DNA from: Acidimicrobiia bacterium
Lineage (GTDB): Bacteria > Actinomycetota > Acidimicrobiia > IMCC26256 > PALSA-555
DNA length: 64,000 nt
Direction of reading: 5' to 3'
Assembly: GCA_038904515.1 (NCBI GenBank)
Contig: JBCKKA010000002.1
Span: forward strand, 1,215 to 65,214
Position numbers and translations under genes: made by a program. The notes beneath the pieces are model-generated. The model was not told where the DNA came from. It was given only the letters and a program-made list of their open reading frames with translations, and ran no database searches. Numbering within the stretch: the first letter of the stretch is position 1; every line of letters begins with the position of its first letter. Positions 27,591 through 37,156 of the stretch are shown here, in pieces.

Positions 27591-28391
27591 ATGATAAATC
27601 TCAACGCCGGCGACGCGCGGGTAGTGGTCGACGAAAAAGAGGGTGGTCGCATTCTCCAATTCACGATTGGTGATTTTGATCTGTTGGTTACTCCTGAACT
27701 TGATAACCACAATCACGGTCTGTTTCCGATGGCACCGTGGGCCGGTCGGGTGCGGTTCGGAAAGTTTTCTTTCGAGGGGGTCGAATACCAGTTGCCGTGC
27801 AACAAAGCTCCACACGCGATTCACGGCACTGTGCGCGATCAATCTTGGCAAGTAGAGAGTTCGGATGCGACCCGAGTGGAGTTAACTACCGCGCTAGTCG
27901 ATCCGTGGCCTTTCGGAGGGCGAGTGGTTCAGCGCATCGAGCTAAGTCCCACCGAACTGGCGCTCACGATGGAAGTACACGCCGTTGATCGAGCGATGCC
28001 GGTTTCGTGTGGCTGGCATCCCTGGTGGCATCGGGAACTCGTCGACGATGATCCAGTAGAACTAGAGCTTCACGCCGACCAGATGTACCACCGTGATGGC
28101 GACGGTATCCCGAGCGGCGAGTTGGTTGCGATTGCGCCGCCGCCGTGGGACGACTGTTTCACCGTGGTGGGTAATCCGATGGCAATATTGCGTTGGCCCA
28201 ATACCGGATCACTGACTATCGAATCAGATTGTGCGGATGTGGTGGTTTACACCGAACCCGAACTGGCACTTTGCGTGGAGCCCCAATCGGGTCCGCCCGA
28301 TTCTTTTAATCTCGACCCTCAGATCGTCGTTCCTGGTGATCCGTTGGTAATCCACGCCAGCTTTCGATGGGCTGCCGTCGCCGAAATCTAA
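27591..28391 (+). CDS. aldose 1-epimerase family protein
   Basis: 266 aa beta-sandwich type. Contains FPMAPWAGRV, HGTVRDQSW and CVEPQSGPPD motifs. Confidence 0.65.
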   Translation: MINLNAGDARVVVDEKEGGRILQFTIGDFDLLVTPELDNHNHGLFPMAPWAGRVRFGKFSFEGVEYQLPCNKAPHAIHGTVRDQSWQVESSDATRVELTTALVDPWPFGGRVVQRIELSPTELALTMEVHAVDRAMPVSCGWHPWWHRELVDDDPVELELHADQMYHRDGDGIPSGELVAIAPPPWDDCFTVVGNPMAILRWPNTGSLTIESDCADVVVYTEPELALCVEPQSGPPDSFNLDPQIVVPGDPLVIHASFRWAAVAEI

Positions 28392-29260
28392 GCGGGAATC
28401 AACGCCGACAACGCGGCGAGTTGTTCGCAGTAGTGATCTATTGATCGATGCACGAATCGCAGAGTTAAGCCGGTAGCGCCCGCAGTGATCCATTCTTCAA
28501 GTTGTTGGGTAGTTGCGGCCGGATCGCCGATGGGATCAAGCGGGGGAACCGGCTGAAGAAATATCTCGATAGGCTGCGGACGATTTTCCCAAGCGGCGGT
28601 TAGGCGGGCAGAGTCGAGCAGGGCGCGTACCTCGCTCGGCGATAATCCAAACGGGGCCCACGCATCACCGAAGGCCAGCGCGCGATTGAGAGATCGAGTC
28701 GATTGACCGCCAATCCAAATCGCCACATCGGTGCGCGGTGCAGTTGGAGCGACTACGAAATCGGAGTAGTCGAAAAATTCTCCGTGGTATTCGGGTTGCG
28801 CTTGACCCCACGATGCCCGCAATGCTCGCAATGCGTCGTCCGCGCGTGCCCCTCTATCGGCAAACGGCGCGTCTAGTAATGCGAATTCTTCTTCGAGCGA
28901 ACCGACTCCAACTCCCAGAACTACCCGCCCGCCACTCAGCGCGTCGAGAGTGCCGTAGCGCTTCACAATTTCTAAGGGATGGTGATAGCCCAAGACTAAA
29001 ACGAAAGTGGCTAAGCGGATTTTGTGCGTTACTCCGGCGATGTAACCAAATGTTGATAGCGGATCCCAGTAGGCAGCACCCCGCGATTTGGCCTTATCCT
29101 TCGGAACCGCGATGTGCTCGCTACAAGTGAGGTGGTCGTAGCCGAGTCGCTCGGCTTCGATAGCCACTCGACAAATTTCTTCGATGCCGGCATCGGCTTC
29201 CCAGCGGGCGTGAGCACGCGGCAGCAGAGTAACAACCGGAGTAACAATTCCGAGTTGCAT
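28388..29260 (-). CDS. LLM-class (luciferase-like, probably F420-dependent) oxidoreductase
   Basis: 290 aa TIM-barrel LLM pattern: GYDHLTCSEH, LGVGVGSLEEEF. Confidence 0.7.
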   Translation of the reverse strand: MQLGIVTPVVTLLPRAHARWEADAGIEEICRVAIEAERLGYDHLTCSEHIAVPKDKAKSRGAAYWDPLSTFGYIAGVTHKIRLATFVLVLGYHHPLEIVKRYGTLDALSGGRVVLGVGVGSLEEEFALLDAPFADRGARADDALRALRASWGQAQPEYHGEFFDYSDFVVAPTAPRTDVAIWIGGQSTRSLNRALAFGDAWAPFGLSPSEVRALLDSARLTAAWENRPQPIEIFLQPVPPLDPIGDPAATTQQLEEWITAGATGLTLRFVHRSIDHYCEQLAALSALIPA

Positions 29261-29271
29261 CGATTATCGCG

Positions 29272-30480
29272 TTAAGCGCGAGGAAAGATTGCGCGGTCGG
29301 CGATGATGTTTTTCTGGACCTCAGTTGCACCGGCACCGATGGAGGTATAGCGCTGAAAACTGTAGAGCCGAGTCCAGCTACCGCCATCAATGGCACCCGG
29401 TCCACCTTTGGCCAACAGACCGGATGGCCCGAGTAAATCAACTGCCAGTTCGGCCAAAGTTTGCGCCAGATGACTCCACTGCAATTTGGCCAGCGGTACT
29501 TCCGGCCAGTTCTTTTGGCCTTTGATGATTTTGGTTAAAGCCCGATAGTTGAGCAATTTAGTGAACTCAATATCGGTATGGGCCCGAGCAATGCGTCCAC
29601 GAATTTCGGGGTCGTTAAGCGAATCGGGGTTTACTGCCCGCGCCGCCGAAATCATTGCCCGCAAGTCGGCGGCCATAGTTATGGCGAGACCCGCGGTGCC
29701 GACGCGTTCGTGACCAAGAGTCCCCATAGCCACTTTCCAGCCCGCGCCTTCTTCACCCAGACGATGAGCGACCGGAATACGCGCGTCGGTAAACCAAACT
29801 TCATTGAACATTTCTTCGCCCACGAGATCACGAATGGGCCGACATTCAATTCCCGGAGTTTCCATGTCGATGATGAACGCAGTTATACCTTCGTGCTTAG
29901 CGCCTCGCTCAATAGCAGTGGGGTCGGTGCGTAAAAGAAATAGTCCCCACTTAGCGAGATGGGCAGTAGAAATCCAAATTTTTTGTCCGTTAACTACATA
30001 CTCATCACCGTCGAGTATCGCGGTAGTGCGCAAGTTGGCGAGGTCGGAACCAGCCTGAGGCTCGCTGAACCCTTGGCACCAGTGTTCCTCGGCGGAAAGA
30101 ATTCCCGGTAGCCACTGATTACGCTGCTCTTCAGTACCCCAGTGAATAATCATGGGACCGATTTGCCACAGACCGTTGGCGTTGTAAATTCCCGGTGCGC
30201 GTACCCGCGCCATTTCTTCGGAGTAGATGACATTTTGCACCGGAGTGGCGGCGCGTCCATGCCAGTCGGTCGGCCAATTGATTGCCGCCCATCGACCTTC
30301 GTCGAGTCGGCGCTGCCAATCCTTGCGGCGCTCCTGAGCACGGGCGATGCCAGATTGTCGACCGCCACCCGGATCGTCGTCGCCACTCCAATCGGCTAAA
30401 AATTTCGGCAGATTGATATCCAGCCAAGTGCGCAGTTCGTCGCGAAACGCCTCGTCTTCAGGGGTGTCGGCGAAGTCCAT
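29272..30480 (-). CDS. acyl-CoA dehydrogenase (402 aa, canonical C-terminal catalytic motif)
   Basis: ACAD N, middle and C domains. CQGFSEPQAGSD motif and C-terminal IGAGATEVQKNIIA with the catalytic-position Glu. Confidence 0.85.
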   Translation of the reverse strand: MDFADTPEDEAFRDELRTWLDINLPKFLADWSGDDDPGGGRQSGIARAQERRKDWQRRLDEGRWAAINWPTDWHGRAATPVQNVIYSEEMARVRAPGIYNANGLWQIGPMIIHWGTEEQRNQWLPGILSAEEHWCQGFSEPQAGSDLANLRTTAILDGDEYVVNGQKIWISTAHLAKWGLFLLRTDPTAIERGAKHEGITAFIIDMETPGIECRPIRDLVGEEMFNEVWFTDARIPVAHRLGEEGAGWKVAMGTLGHERVGTAGLAITMAADLRAMISAARAVNPDSLNDPEIRGRIARAHTDIEFTKLLNYRALTKIIKGQKNWPEVPLAKLQWSHLAQTLAELAVDLLGPSGLLAKGGPGAIDGGSWTRLYSFQRYTSIGAGATEVQKNIIADRAIFPRA

Positions 30481-30516
30481 AGTGGTTCCTGTTCGATCGG
30501 GTGGAGACTAAGAGGT

Positions 30517-30540
30517 GATTTCGGGATTTCTGGATTTCTG
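30517..30540. repeat. 8-bp tandem array, 3 copies (GATTTCKG)
   Basis: GATTTCGG GATTTCTG GATTTCTG, 37-60 nt upstream of the minus-strand ACAD start at 30480. Confidence 0.8.
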
Positions 30541-30571
30541 GTTATCGTTACAATATCAAGGCCAGCGGGCA

Positions 30572-30600
30572 TTGACTAACGTTCGTGTCAGGTTTTAAAT
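30572..30600 (+). promoter_or_regulatory. sigma-70-like promoter candidate for the 30729 ACAD gene
   Basis: TTGACT at 30572-30577, a 17-nt spacer, TTAAAT at 30595-30600. This would place the 14-bp array in the transcribed leader. Confidence 0.45.
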
Positions 30601-30615
30601 CGACTCCATAAGCTT

Positions 30616-30713
30616 GACCCAGCAACCTTGACCCAGCAACCTTGACCCAGCAACCTTGACCCAGCAACCTCGACCCAGCAACCTCGACCCAGCAACCTCG
30701 ACCCAGCAACCTT
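30616..30713. repeat. 14-bp tandem array, 7 copies (GACCCAGCAACCTY)
   Basis: Copies start at 30616, 30630 and 30644 (..CTT), at 30658, 30672 and 30686 (..CTC), and at 30700 (..CTT). The array ends at the SD GAGAGGA, 15 nt before ATG 30729. Confidence 0.97.
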
Positions 30714-30728
30714 GAGAGGAACCACTCC

Positions 30729-31823
30729 ATGGATTTCACTTTCTCCGACGACCAAGACGCTTTGCGTGAGTCGGTCCGCACCTTTCTCGCCAATGAGGCC
30801 GCCGGTCCGTACAGCCGAGCCATGGCCGACGATGAACGGGGTTTCACCGACGAGATGTGGCGCAAGATCTCCGATTTGGGTTGGCCGGGTCTGTTGATCG
30901 CCGAGGAGCACGGTGGTCTTGGTCTCGGGCTTGTCGACATGGCGGTCGTGATGGAAGAGATGGGCCGCTTGCCGTTCCCCGGACCGTTTTTTTCTTCCTC
31001 GGTGCTGGCCACACTGGCCGCCCAACGCTTAGGTGCGGACGATTTATTATCCGCCTTAGCTTCGGGAACTTTGCGAGGCACAGTGGCGCTAGAAGAACAA
31101 GGTCACGGCGATCCGGTAAAGCGAATACGCACTCGTGCCCGGCGCAAAGGTGCCGACTGGGTTTTGTCGGGAGAGAAATTATTTGTTCTCGACGGTCACA
31201 CCGCCGACTGGGTAATCGTGGTGGCGCGCACCGAAGAGGGAGTCGGCTCGTTTTTGCTACAGGCACCCAACGCAAAAGCAGTTCCTACTCTCGACCCCAC
31301 TCGCAAAGCGGCGTGTTTAGTTCTTGACGAAACTCCAGTCGAAGCAATTGGGCCATTAGGCGACCATACGGGAATTTGGAACCGCATTGTTGACGACGGT
31401 GCAGTAATGCTTTCGTCCGAATTAGTTGGCGCGTGCGACGCCGCAGTTAACTTGGCAGTTGAATACGCCAAAGTGAGAGTGCAATTTGATCGTCCAATCT
31501 CTTCGTTCCAAGCCATTCGCCATAAAGCAGTTGACATGTTGCACCGACTTGAGTTGTCGCGAGTGGGTTCGCACTACGCCGCTTGGACTTCTGATGTTGA
31601 CGACCCTGCTCGCGAACAGGCCGCGGCGATGGCTAAGGGATTTATTGGCGAAGCAGCCATTTTTGTTTCCGGCGAAGACATTCAGATTCACGGCGGTGTC
31701 GGCTTCACTTGGGATTGCGACGCGCACTTCTATTACAAGCGAGCCAAGCAGAACGATATCTTGCTGGGTTATCAGGGTTATCAACGCAATCGCTTGGCCA
31801 GTCTTTTGCTTGACTCCGCTTAA
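30729..31823 (+). CDS. acyl-CoA dehydrogenase family protein (364 aa, lacks the canonical C-terminal Glu motif)
   Basis: ACAD fold starting MDFTFSDDQDALRESV. The C-terminus reads LLGYQGYQRNRLA where other ACADs have G-T/S-x-E-I/V-Q. A Glu is present in SSELVGA (helix-G position). Confidence 0.8.
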   Translation: MDFTFSDDQDALRESVRTFLANEAAGPYSRAMADDERGFTDEMWRKISDLGWPGLLIAEEHGGLGLGLVDMAVVMEEMGRLPFPGPFFSSSVLATLAAQRLGADDLLSALASGTLRGTVALEEQGHGDPVKRIRTRARRKGADWVLSGEKLFVLDGHTADWVIVVARTEEGVGSFLLQAPNAKAVPTLDPTRKAACLVLDETPVEAIGPLGDHTGIWNRIVDDGAVMLSSELVGACDAAVNLAVEYAKVRVQFDRPISSFQAIRHKAVDMLHRLELSRVGSHYAAWTSDVDDPAREQAAAMAKGFIGEAAIFVSGEDIQIHGGVGFTWDCDAHFYYKRAKQNDILLGYQGYQRNRLASLLLDSA

Positions 31824-31837
31824 GCAATAATAAGAGC

Positions 31838-33532
31838 GTGCCAAAGACTGAAAAGGTTGTCTCGCTTCACGATGCCGTAGCTGAACATGTACGCGCGGGC
31901 GACTCTCTCTATCTCGGCGTAGGCCACTCGCGTTGGACTGCCGCCGCGAGTGAAGTTGTCCGGCAATGGTGGGGACGCGATCCTGGTTTCGAGTTACTAA
32001 TGCTCTCATTGTCAAGTTTGGGAACCCTATTTTTTCGCGGGGGATTAGTACGACGAGTCCTTACCGGATACTCCGGCGATACTTTTCCTAACTTCACTCC
32101 CAATCCCATTTTCGCCGCGGCTTACGGTAGCGGGGAAGTAACGGTGGAGCATTGGTCGTTCTTGGCGTTTACGCAACGGCTGGAGGCCGCCGCTCGAGGT
32201 TTGCCCGCGATTGTTACTCGATCTATTTCCGATTCGTCGATGGCAACCAATCCGGCGTTCACTCAAGTAAAGACCGAACTGGGGGAGATCAGTTTGCTAG
32301 CACCGTTATTTCCCGATGTGGCGTTATTGCACGCGCCGGTAGCCGACCGCGCCGGCAATGTAGCTCTGCATCCGCCTCTACTCGAGAGTCCGTGGGGCGC
32401 GTTGGCCGCTCGACGAGGAGCAGTGGTGACAGTCGAAAAAGTGGTTGACGATTTAAGCGAGTGGTCGCATTTAGTGCGACTACCGGCTCATCGAGTTTTA
32501 GCAGTGTGCGAAGTTCCGTTAGGCGCTCATCCGGGTGGTTTGTTTAGTGGCACTTTGCCGGTCGATAGTTACGGCGAGGATTACGATTTTTGGATCGAGC
32601 TGCGCGCGGCAACTCGCCGCGATGATTTTGACGAATGGATTCAGCACTGGATTCTCGATGTTAAGAGCCCCGACGACTACCTCGATCGCCTCGGCCCCGA
32701 ACGAGTAAAACAGTTGCGAGCCAAAGCCGATCCTGAATCGTGGCGGCAAGAAATTATCGAGTCGCCTCCTGATCTCACCGCGCCGATTAATAAATGGGAA
32801 ACGGCCGCAGTGTGGGGGGCCCGCCATTTGACCGAACGGGTTTTGGCGCTTGATGCCGACGCAGTATTGGCGGGGGCGGGAGTGGCTAATTTGGCCGCGT
32901 GGCTAGCGGTAGCTCAGGCGCGCGCCGCGGGCAGCACGGTGCAACTCACCGCTGAAATCGGACTGTGGGGTTACGACCCAGTGCCGGGCGATCCGTTTGT
33001 GCTTAATCATCGCAACTTTCCGCGGTCATTGATGCTGAGTGATGCCAATACTGTGCTCGGCAGTTTGGTAGGTGGACAGGGAACCAAAACGCTGGCTTGC
33101 TTGGGCGGAGCCCAAATCGATCGGCAAGGAAATGTGAACTCAACCATGATTCCCGATGGCGCTTTCTTGGTGGGATCGGGTGGGGGTAACGATGTGGCTT
33201 CGGTGTGCAGTGAAGCGATTGTGGTCGCGCTACTCAATCCCGCGCGCACTCCCGACAAATGTGGCTACATCACTTCACCGGGTCGAGCGGTGCGGGCACT
33301 AGTAACCGATTTAGGAATTCTTGAAAAACTCGAATCCGGCGGTGATTTGATCCTTACCGCCGTTCCCGCGGGTCCCGATCCTTTGCCCGAACGAATTGCC
33401 ACTGCAGTAGCGGCGTGCGGTTGGGACCTGGCCGTAGCCGAAGAAGTGCGAGAACTCGATGCGCCTACCACCGACGAAGTGAATGCATTGCGCACTTGGG
33501 ATCCCCACGGGTGGTTCTTGCGCAATCGCTAG
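31838..33532 (+). CDS. family I CoA-transferase-fold protein with A-like and B-like subunits fused
   Basis: 564 aa. The N-half resembles glutaconate-CoA-transferase subunit A (KVVSLHDAVAEHVRAGDSLYLG). The C-half resembles subunit B (LTAEIGLWGY, GGAQIDRQGNVNST, GSGGGND). Confidence 0.7.
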   Translation: MPKTEKVVSLHDAVAEHVRAGDSLYLGVGHSRWTAAASEVVRQWWGRDPGFELLMLSLSSLGTLFFRGGLVRRVLTGYSGDTFPNFTPNPIFAAAYGSGEVTVEHWSFLAFTQRLEAAARGLPAIVTRSISDSSMATNPAFTQVKTELGEISLLAPLFPDVALLHAPVADRAGNVALHPPLLESPWGALAARRGAVVTVEKVVDDLSEWSHLVRLPAHRVLAVCEVPLGAHPGGLFSGTLPVDSYGEDYDFWIELRAATRRDDFDEWIQHWILDVKSPDDYLDRLGPERVKQLRAKADPESWRQEIIESPPDLTAPINKWETAAVWGARHLTERVLALDADAVLAGAGVANLAAWLAVAQARAAGSTVQLTAEIGLWGYDPVPGDPFVLNHRNFPRSLMLSDANTVLGSLVGGQGTKTLACLGGAQIDRQGNVNSTMIPDGAFLVGSGGGNDVASVCSEAIVVALLNPARTPDKCGYITSPGRAVRALVTDLGILEKLESGGDLILTAVPAGPDPLPERIATAVAACGWDLAVAEEVRELDAPTTDEVNALRTWDPHGWFLRNR

Positions 33533-33553
33533 CCGAAATCGCTCGGAACCGAG

Positions 33554-34684
33554 TTATTTAGTAACGATTACTACCGCGGCATTGGCACCCCGACCGACGG
33601 TATGCGCCATACCTACTTGAGCATTATCAATTTGACGAACACCACTCCGTCCGGCTATTTGATTATTTAGTTCAACTACTTGGGCGAGAGCCGACGCACC
33701 AAGAGGTTCACCCTTAGAGAGCAACCCTCCGCTTAAGTTGACGGGCAACTTTCCTCCCCTCGCGGTAATTCCGTCGCGCACCAGCCGAGCCGAATCACCC
33801 CGAGCGCACAGCCCAAGTTCTTCGTAGGCCAATATTTCGCGCGCCGCGTCAGTATCTTGGCACTCAACTAAATCGAGATCGTCGGGCCCGCAGCCCGCTT
33901 CTTCAAACGCGGCGAGAGCCGCGATGGTGCTAGCGGCGGGAATGTTTTCGTCGGGCCCGCCGCTCAAAGGAGTGGATTCGCCCAAGACCGAACCAGGTAA
34001 ATGCGAGCGGAGCTGAGCCGCGGCGATTTTTACCGAACCGCGGGGCGCTAAATCGGCGCGTTGCACAACAATCGCGGCGGCGCCTTCGTTGGGCGAACAA
34101 AGCATGTGGAGGTGCAAAGGTTCGCAAACTAATCGTGAGGCCAAGACATCTTCCACTGTTGTCGGGGTGCGGTACATCGCGATTTCGTTATTAACCCCTT
34201 CGGCTCGATTCTTTACTACAACCCGCGCGAGATCTTCCTTGGTGATACCCGAGTCGCGTAGTAAACGCGTAGCCCGCAGAGCAAAATAGGCGGGCGTGGC
34301 CGCTAAGCCGGCTTGTTCGCGCCACGGTTCAAAAAATGATGAACGGATAATCCCGCGCGGCATCTTTTCAATACCGAATACCAAAACCGTATCGTACTGT
34401 CCCGATCGCACTGCGTTAGTGGCCAGCATCAACGCCGCGCCGCCACTCGCACAACCGGCTTCTACATTCACGATAGGAATACCAGTTAGGCCCAGTGCGC
34501 CCAAAACTTTGTGTCCCGCGGCCACTCCCGAATACACGGTGGCGCAAAACGCCGCCTGAAAACTGGGGTTGCCCGCGGCGGATAAGGCTTCTCGCACCGC
34601 AGTAACTCCCATTTGGGTCACCGTGCGGTCGAAGCGACCGAACGGGTGGAGGCCTACTCCCGCTATTGCAACCGGATTACTCAC
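33554..34684 (-). CDS. thiolase-superfamily lipid-transfer-protein (Ltp/SCPx-type) enzyme
   Basis: VAIAGVGLHPFGRF N-terminus and VEAGCASGGAAL, which retains the nucleophile Cys. GTGA coupling to the upstream DUF35 gene. Confidence 0.75.
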   Translation of the reverse strand: MSNPVAIAGVGLHPFGRFDRTVTQMGVTAVREALSAAGNPSFQAAFCATVYSGVAAGHKVLGALGLTGIPIVNVEAGCASGGAALMLATNAVRSGQYDTVLVFGIEKMPRGIIRSSFFEPWREQAGLAATPAYFALRATRLLRDSGITKEDLARVVVKNRAEGVNNEIAMYRTPTTVEDVLASRLVCEPLHLHMLCSPNEGAAAIVVQRADLAPRGSVKIAAAQLRSHLPGSVLGESTPLSGGPDENIPAASTIAALAAFEEAGCGPDDLDLVECQDTDAAREILAYEELGLCARGDSARLVRDGITARGGKLPVNLSGGLLSKGEPLGASALAQVVELNNQIAGRSGVRQIDNAQVGMAHTVGRGANAAVVIVTK

Positions 34685-35082
34685 GATGCTTCCGTGCTAA
34701 AGGCGTAGGTAATTACCGCTTCATCGTTTTCGTCGGTTCCCAGTGGATGCGCAACTAGATGAACGGGAGTTCCGTATTCGATAACTTTGGCCGGAGCAAT
34801 AAGAGTGATAATTCGTAATCCGTGAGCAAGTTCGACCACACCAAAACCGTAAGGAACTGCGCCAATGTAACCCGGCGGCGCATTATTAACAACGGTCGAT
34901 AACCAAACCGTGCCCCGATCTTCGAGGTCAATAATTTTCTGGTCATCCGAACCGCAGACGGAGCAAGTTTCTGCGGCCGGAAATTGCCGGTTTTCGCACT
35001 CGCCACATCGCGAACCCAACAAAACTATGCTGCCGTCGGAATTAAGTCGGAACAGTCCGTCGTGAATCATGCGCGCGGTCAT
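34681..35082 (-). CDS. DUF35 OB-fold / zinc-ribbon acyl-CoA-associated protein
   Basis: 133 aa. CGECENRQFPAAETCSVCGS rubredoxin-like ribbon followed by an OB fold. Classic partner of Ltp-type thiolases or aldolases. Confidence 0.75.
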   Translation of the reverse strand: MTARMIHDGLFRLNSDGSIVLLGSRCGECENRQFPAAETCSVCGSDDQKIIDLEDRGTVWLSTVVNNAPPGYIGAVPYGFGVVELAHGLRIITLIAPAKVIEYGTPVHLVAHPLGTDENDEAVITYAFSTEAS

Positions 35083-36320
35083 AACACTCCTCGCGCGGTC
35101 AGGTCGTCAAGCTCGTCATCGCTCAGCCCGAGGAGATCGTGCAAGACGCTGCGGGTATGTTCACCAAGTTTGGGCGCGCCGCAGGGAATAACCGGATCGG
35201 CACCCATTACGCGCGGATGAGGCGCTTGTTGCTGCACTCGACCGAGAACCGGATCGTCAATACCGATCAGATCGTGCCGAGCTTTGATGTGGGGGTCGGC
35301 AAAAATGTCGGCGGCAGTTGCCGCGGTGGCCACCGGAACATCTTGAGCGACACAACGAGTTTCTATCTCCGCGGCTGAAAGCGATCGGGTCCAGTCGGCA
35401 ACGAGATCATTTATCTCTTTATGATTCTCGACTCGGTTAGCTAAACGCGCGAATCGTTCGTCAGTTATTAATTCGGGCCGTTCCATCGCTTGGGCTAGGC
35501 GAGCAAAGTTAACGTCGGATCCCGCGACTATGCACACATATTTGCCGTCAGCCGTGGGGTAGTTATCGAGTGGGGCCGAATTGGCGAGTTGGTTTCCTTC
35601 TCGATTGCGTATCGTGCCCAACTTGTCGTAGGCCACCAAAGTCCATTCGAGTACGCGCAACGATGATCCGTACAGGCTGGCATCAATAACCACGCCCTTA
35701 TCACCGCGCGTGTCGCGCCCGTAAAGAGCGGCCGTGGCCGCGTGGGCGCAGAAAATTCCGGTCAAATAATCTGAAATAGTCACGCCAACTCGTACCGGCG
35801 GGCGGTCGGGGTAGCCGGTCAAGTTAAGGAGTCCGCCAAAACCAATACCGACACGATCAAGACCCGGTCGACTCGATTTTGGTCCCGTTTGACCGTAGCT
35901 ACTTATGCGTACGGTGATGAGGCGTTCGTTGAGATCGCTCGGACCGATGTTCCATTTTTCTAGCGTTCCGGGACGAAAATTTTCTACCAATACATCAGCG
36001 GTAGCGGCCAATCGTTTGAGCAGTGCCTGCCCGTCGGGAGTACGCAAGTCGATCGTCACGCTCTTGCGGCCGCGGCCTTCGACCGACCAGAACAACGAGT
36101 AGTCGTCACCATTTTCGTCGGGCGCAAACGGACCAATCTCACGCATGAAGTCGCCGGTACCCGGTTGTTCAATTTTTATTACTTCGGCGCCCTGTTCGCC
36201 CAATAAGCCGGCACAAAACGGTGCCGCAATACGCGTGCCAAGGTCAAGAACCCGGAGTCCCGATAACGGTCCGGTCACGGACAAATTCTCACTCGCCCGA
36301 CTGTTCGCGCTTGACTGCAT
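35079..36320 (-). CDS. family III CoA-transferase (CaiB/BaiF / alpha-methylacyl-CoA racemase family)
   Basis: PLSGLRVLDLGTRIAAPFCAGLLGEQGAEVIKIE N-terminal signature. ATG 36320 is preceded by AAGGTGG. The track ORF starts at GTG 36329. Confidence 0.8.
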   Translation of the reverse strand: MQSSANSRASENLSVTGPLSGLRVLDLGTRIAAPFCAGLLGEQGAEVIKIEQPGTGDFMREIGPFAPDENGDDYSLFWSVEGRGRKSVTIDLRTPDGQALLKRLAATADVLVENFRPGTLEKWNIGPSDLNERLITVRISSYGQTGPKSSRPGLDRVGIGFGGLLNLTGYPDRPPVRVGVTISDYLTGIFCAHAATAALYGRDTRGDKGVVIDASLYGSSLRVLEWTLVAYDKLGTIRNREGNQLANSAPLDNYPTADGKYVCIVAGSDVNFARLAQAMERPELITDERFARLANRVENHKEINDLVADWTRSLSAAEIETRCVAQDVPVATAATAADIFADPHIKARHDLIGIDDPVLGRVQQQAPHPRVMGADPVIPCGAPKLGEHTRSVLHDLLGLSDDELDDLTARGVL

Positions 36321-37131
36321 CAAGTCCACCTTGTTCGCTAGTGGCTTTTTTGCGATCGCTCATCGCGTTGAGCGCAGTGTCGGTATTGCTAACAAACTGA
36401 TGAACCATGAAATGGTAACGCCACGCTTCCCGTTGACCCTGAAGGTCAGTGGTGTGGTTGATGGTTTCTTTTATTGCTTGTGCAGTAATCGGCGGCACCA
36501 GAGCAATTTGCTGCGCCATCGCCTCGGCTTCATCGGCTAATCGGTCAAGCTCGACCACTCGATTTACTAAACCGAGTTGTTGGGCTTCGGCGGCATCAAT
36601 AGTGGTCGCGCATAGCAAGAATTCTTTTGCTTTACGGGCGCCCATTTCCCACGGCTCTATTAGTAACTCAACCCCTACTCCTGTCATACGCGCCACCGGA
36701 TTAGAGAACTGAGCGTTATCGGCGGCCACGATCAAGTCGCACATAGCCGCCAGCATCAGCCCAGCAGCCGCACAAGTTCCTTGTACCGCCGCGATAGTGG
36801 GTTTAGGAAAATCGCGGAGTCGTAAACATTTTTCCCAGTACATAACAAACTCGTGGTGCAGTTTGCCTTCAGGGGTGGCGCGCATGCGGGCCCATTCACT
36901 GGAGTCGGCCAAGATTTCTTTTAAATCGTGTCCGGCACAGAAATGCTTACCATCAGCCGCGAGAATTACAACTCGAACGGCTTCGTCGTCCGCAATCGAA
37001 TCGAGCGCGGAATCGAGTTCGTCGATCAAGATTGAGTCCATCGCGTTGGCGGCTTTGGGTCGCGCCAGAGTGATCGTGGCTACGGGACCAGCAACCGCGA
37101 GGCGAATAGTGGTGAAATCTTTTGCGACCAT
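36289..37131 (-). CDS. enoyl-CoA hydratase/isomerase (crotonase) family protein
   Basis: 280 aa. ATITLARPKAANAM, FCAGHDL and AVQGTCAAAGLML oxyanion-hole segments. Confidence 0.8.
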   Translation of the reverse strand: MVAKDFTTIRLAVAGPVATITLARPKAANAMDSILIDELDSALDSIADDEAVRVVILAADGKHFCAGHDLKEILADSSEWARMRATPEGKLHHEFVMYWEKCLRLRDFPKPTIAAVQGTCAAAGLMLAAMCDLIVAADNAQFSNPVARMTGVGVELLIEPWEMGARKAKEFLLCATTIDAAEAQQLGLVNRVVELDRLADEAEAMAQQIALVPPITAQAIKETINHTTDLQGQREAWRYHFMVHQFVSNTDTALNAMSDRKKATSEQGGLDAVKREQSGE

Positions 37132-37156
37132 AGGTTGAATCTAGCGAAGTGGGCGA

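Noticed and set aside
30616-30713. Possibility that the tandem arrays (here and at 929, 17419 and 43681) are CRISPR arrays.
   Set aside because: The units are contiguous with no unique spacers. The units are only 8-22 bp and non-palindromic, and there are no cas genes in the window.
30548-31081. 177-aa and 145-aa minus-strand ORFs with a repeated peptide (...GCWVEVAGSRLLG...).
   Set aside because: The peptide repeat is just the 14-bp array read through three frames (3 x 14 nt = 14 aa). The rest of each ORF is antisense to the ACAD gene at 30729.
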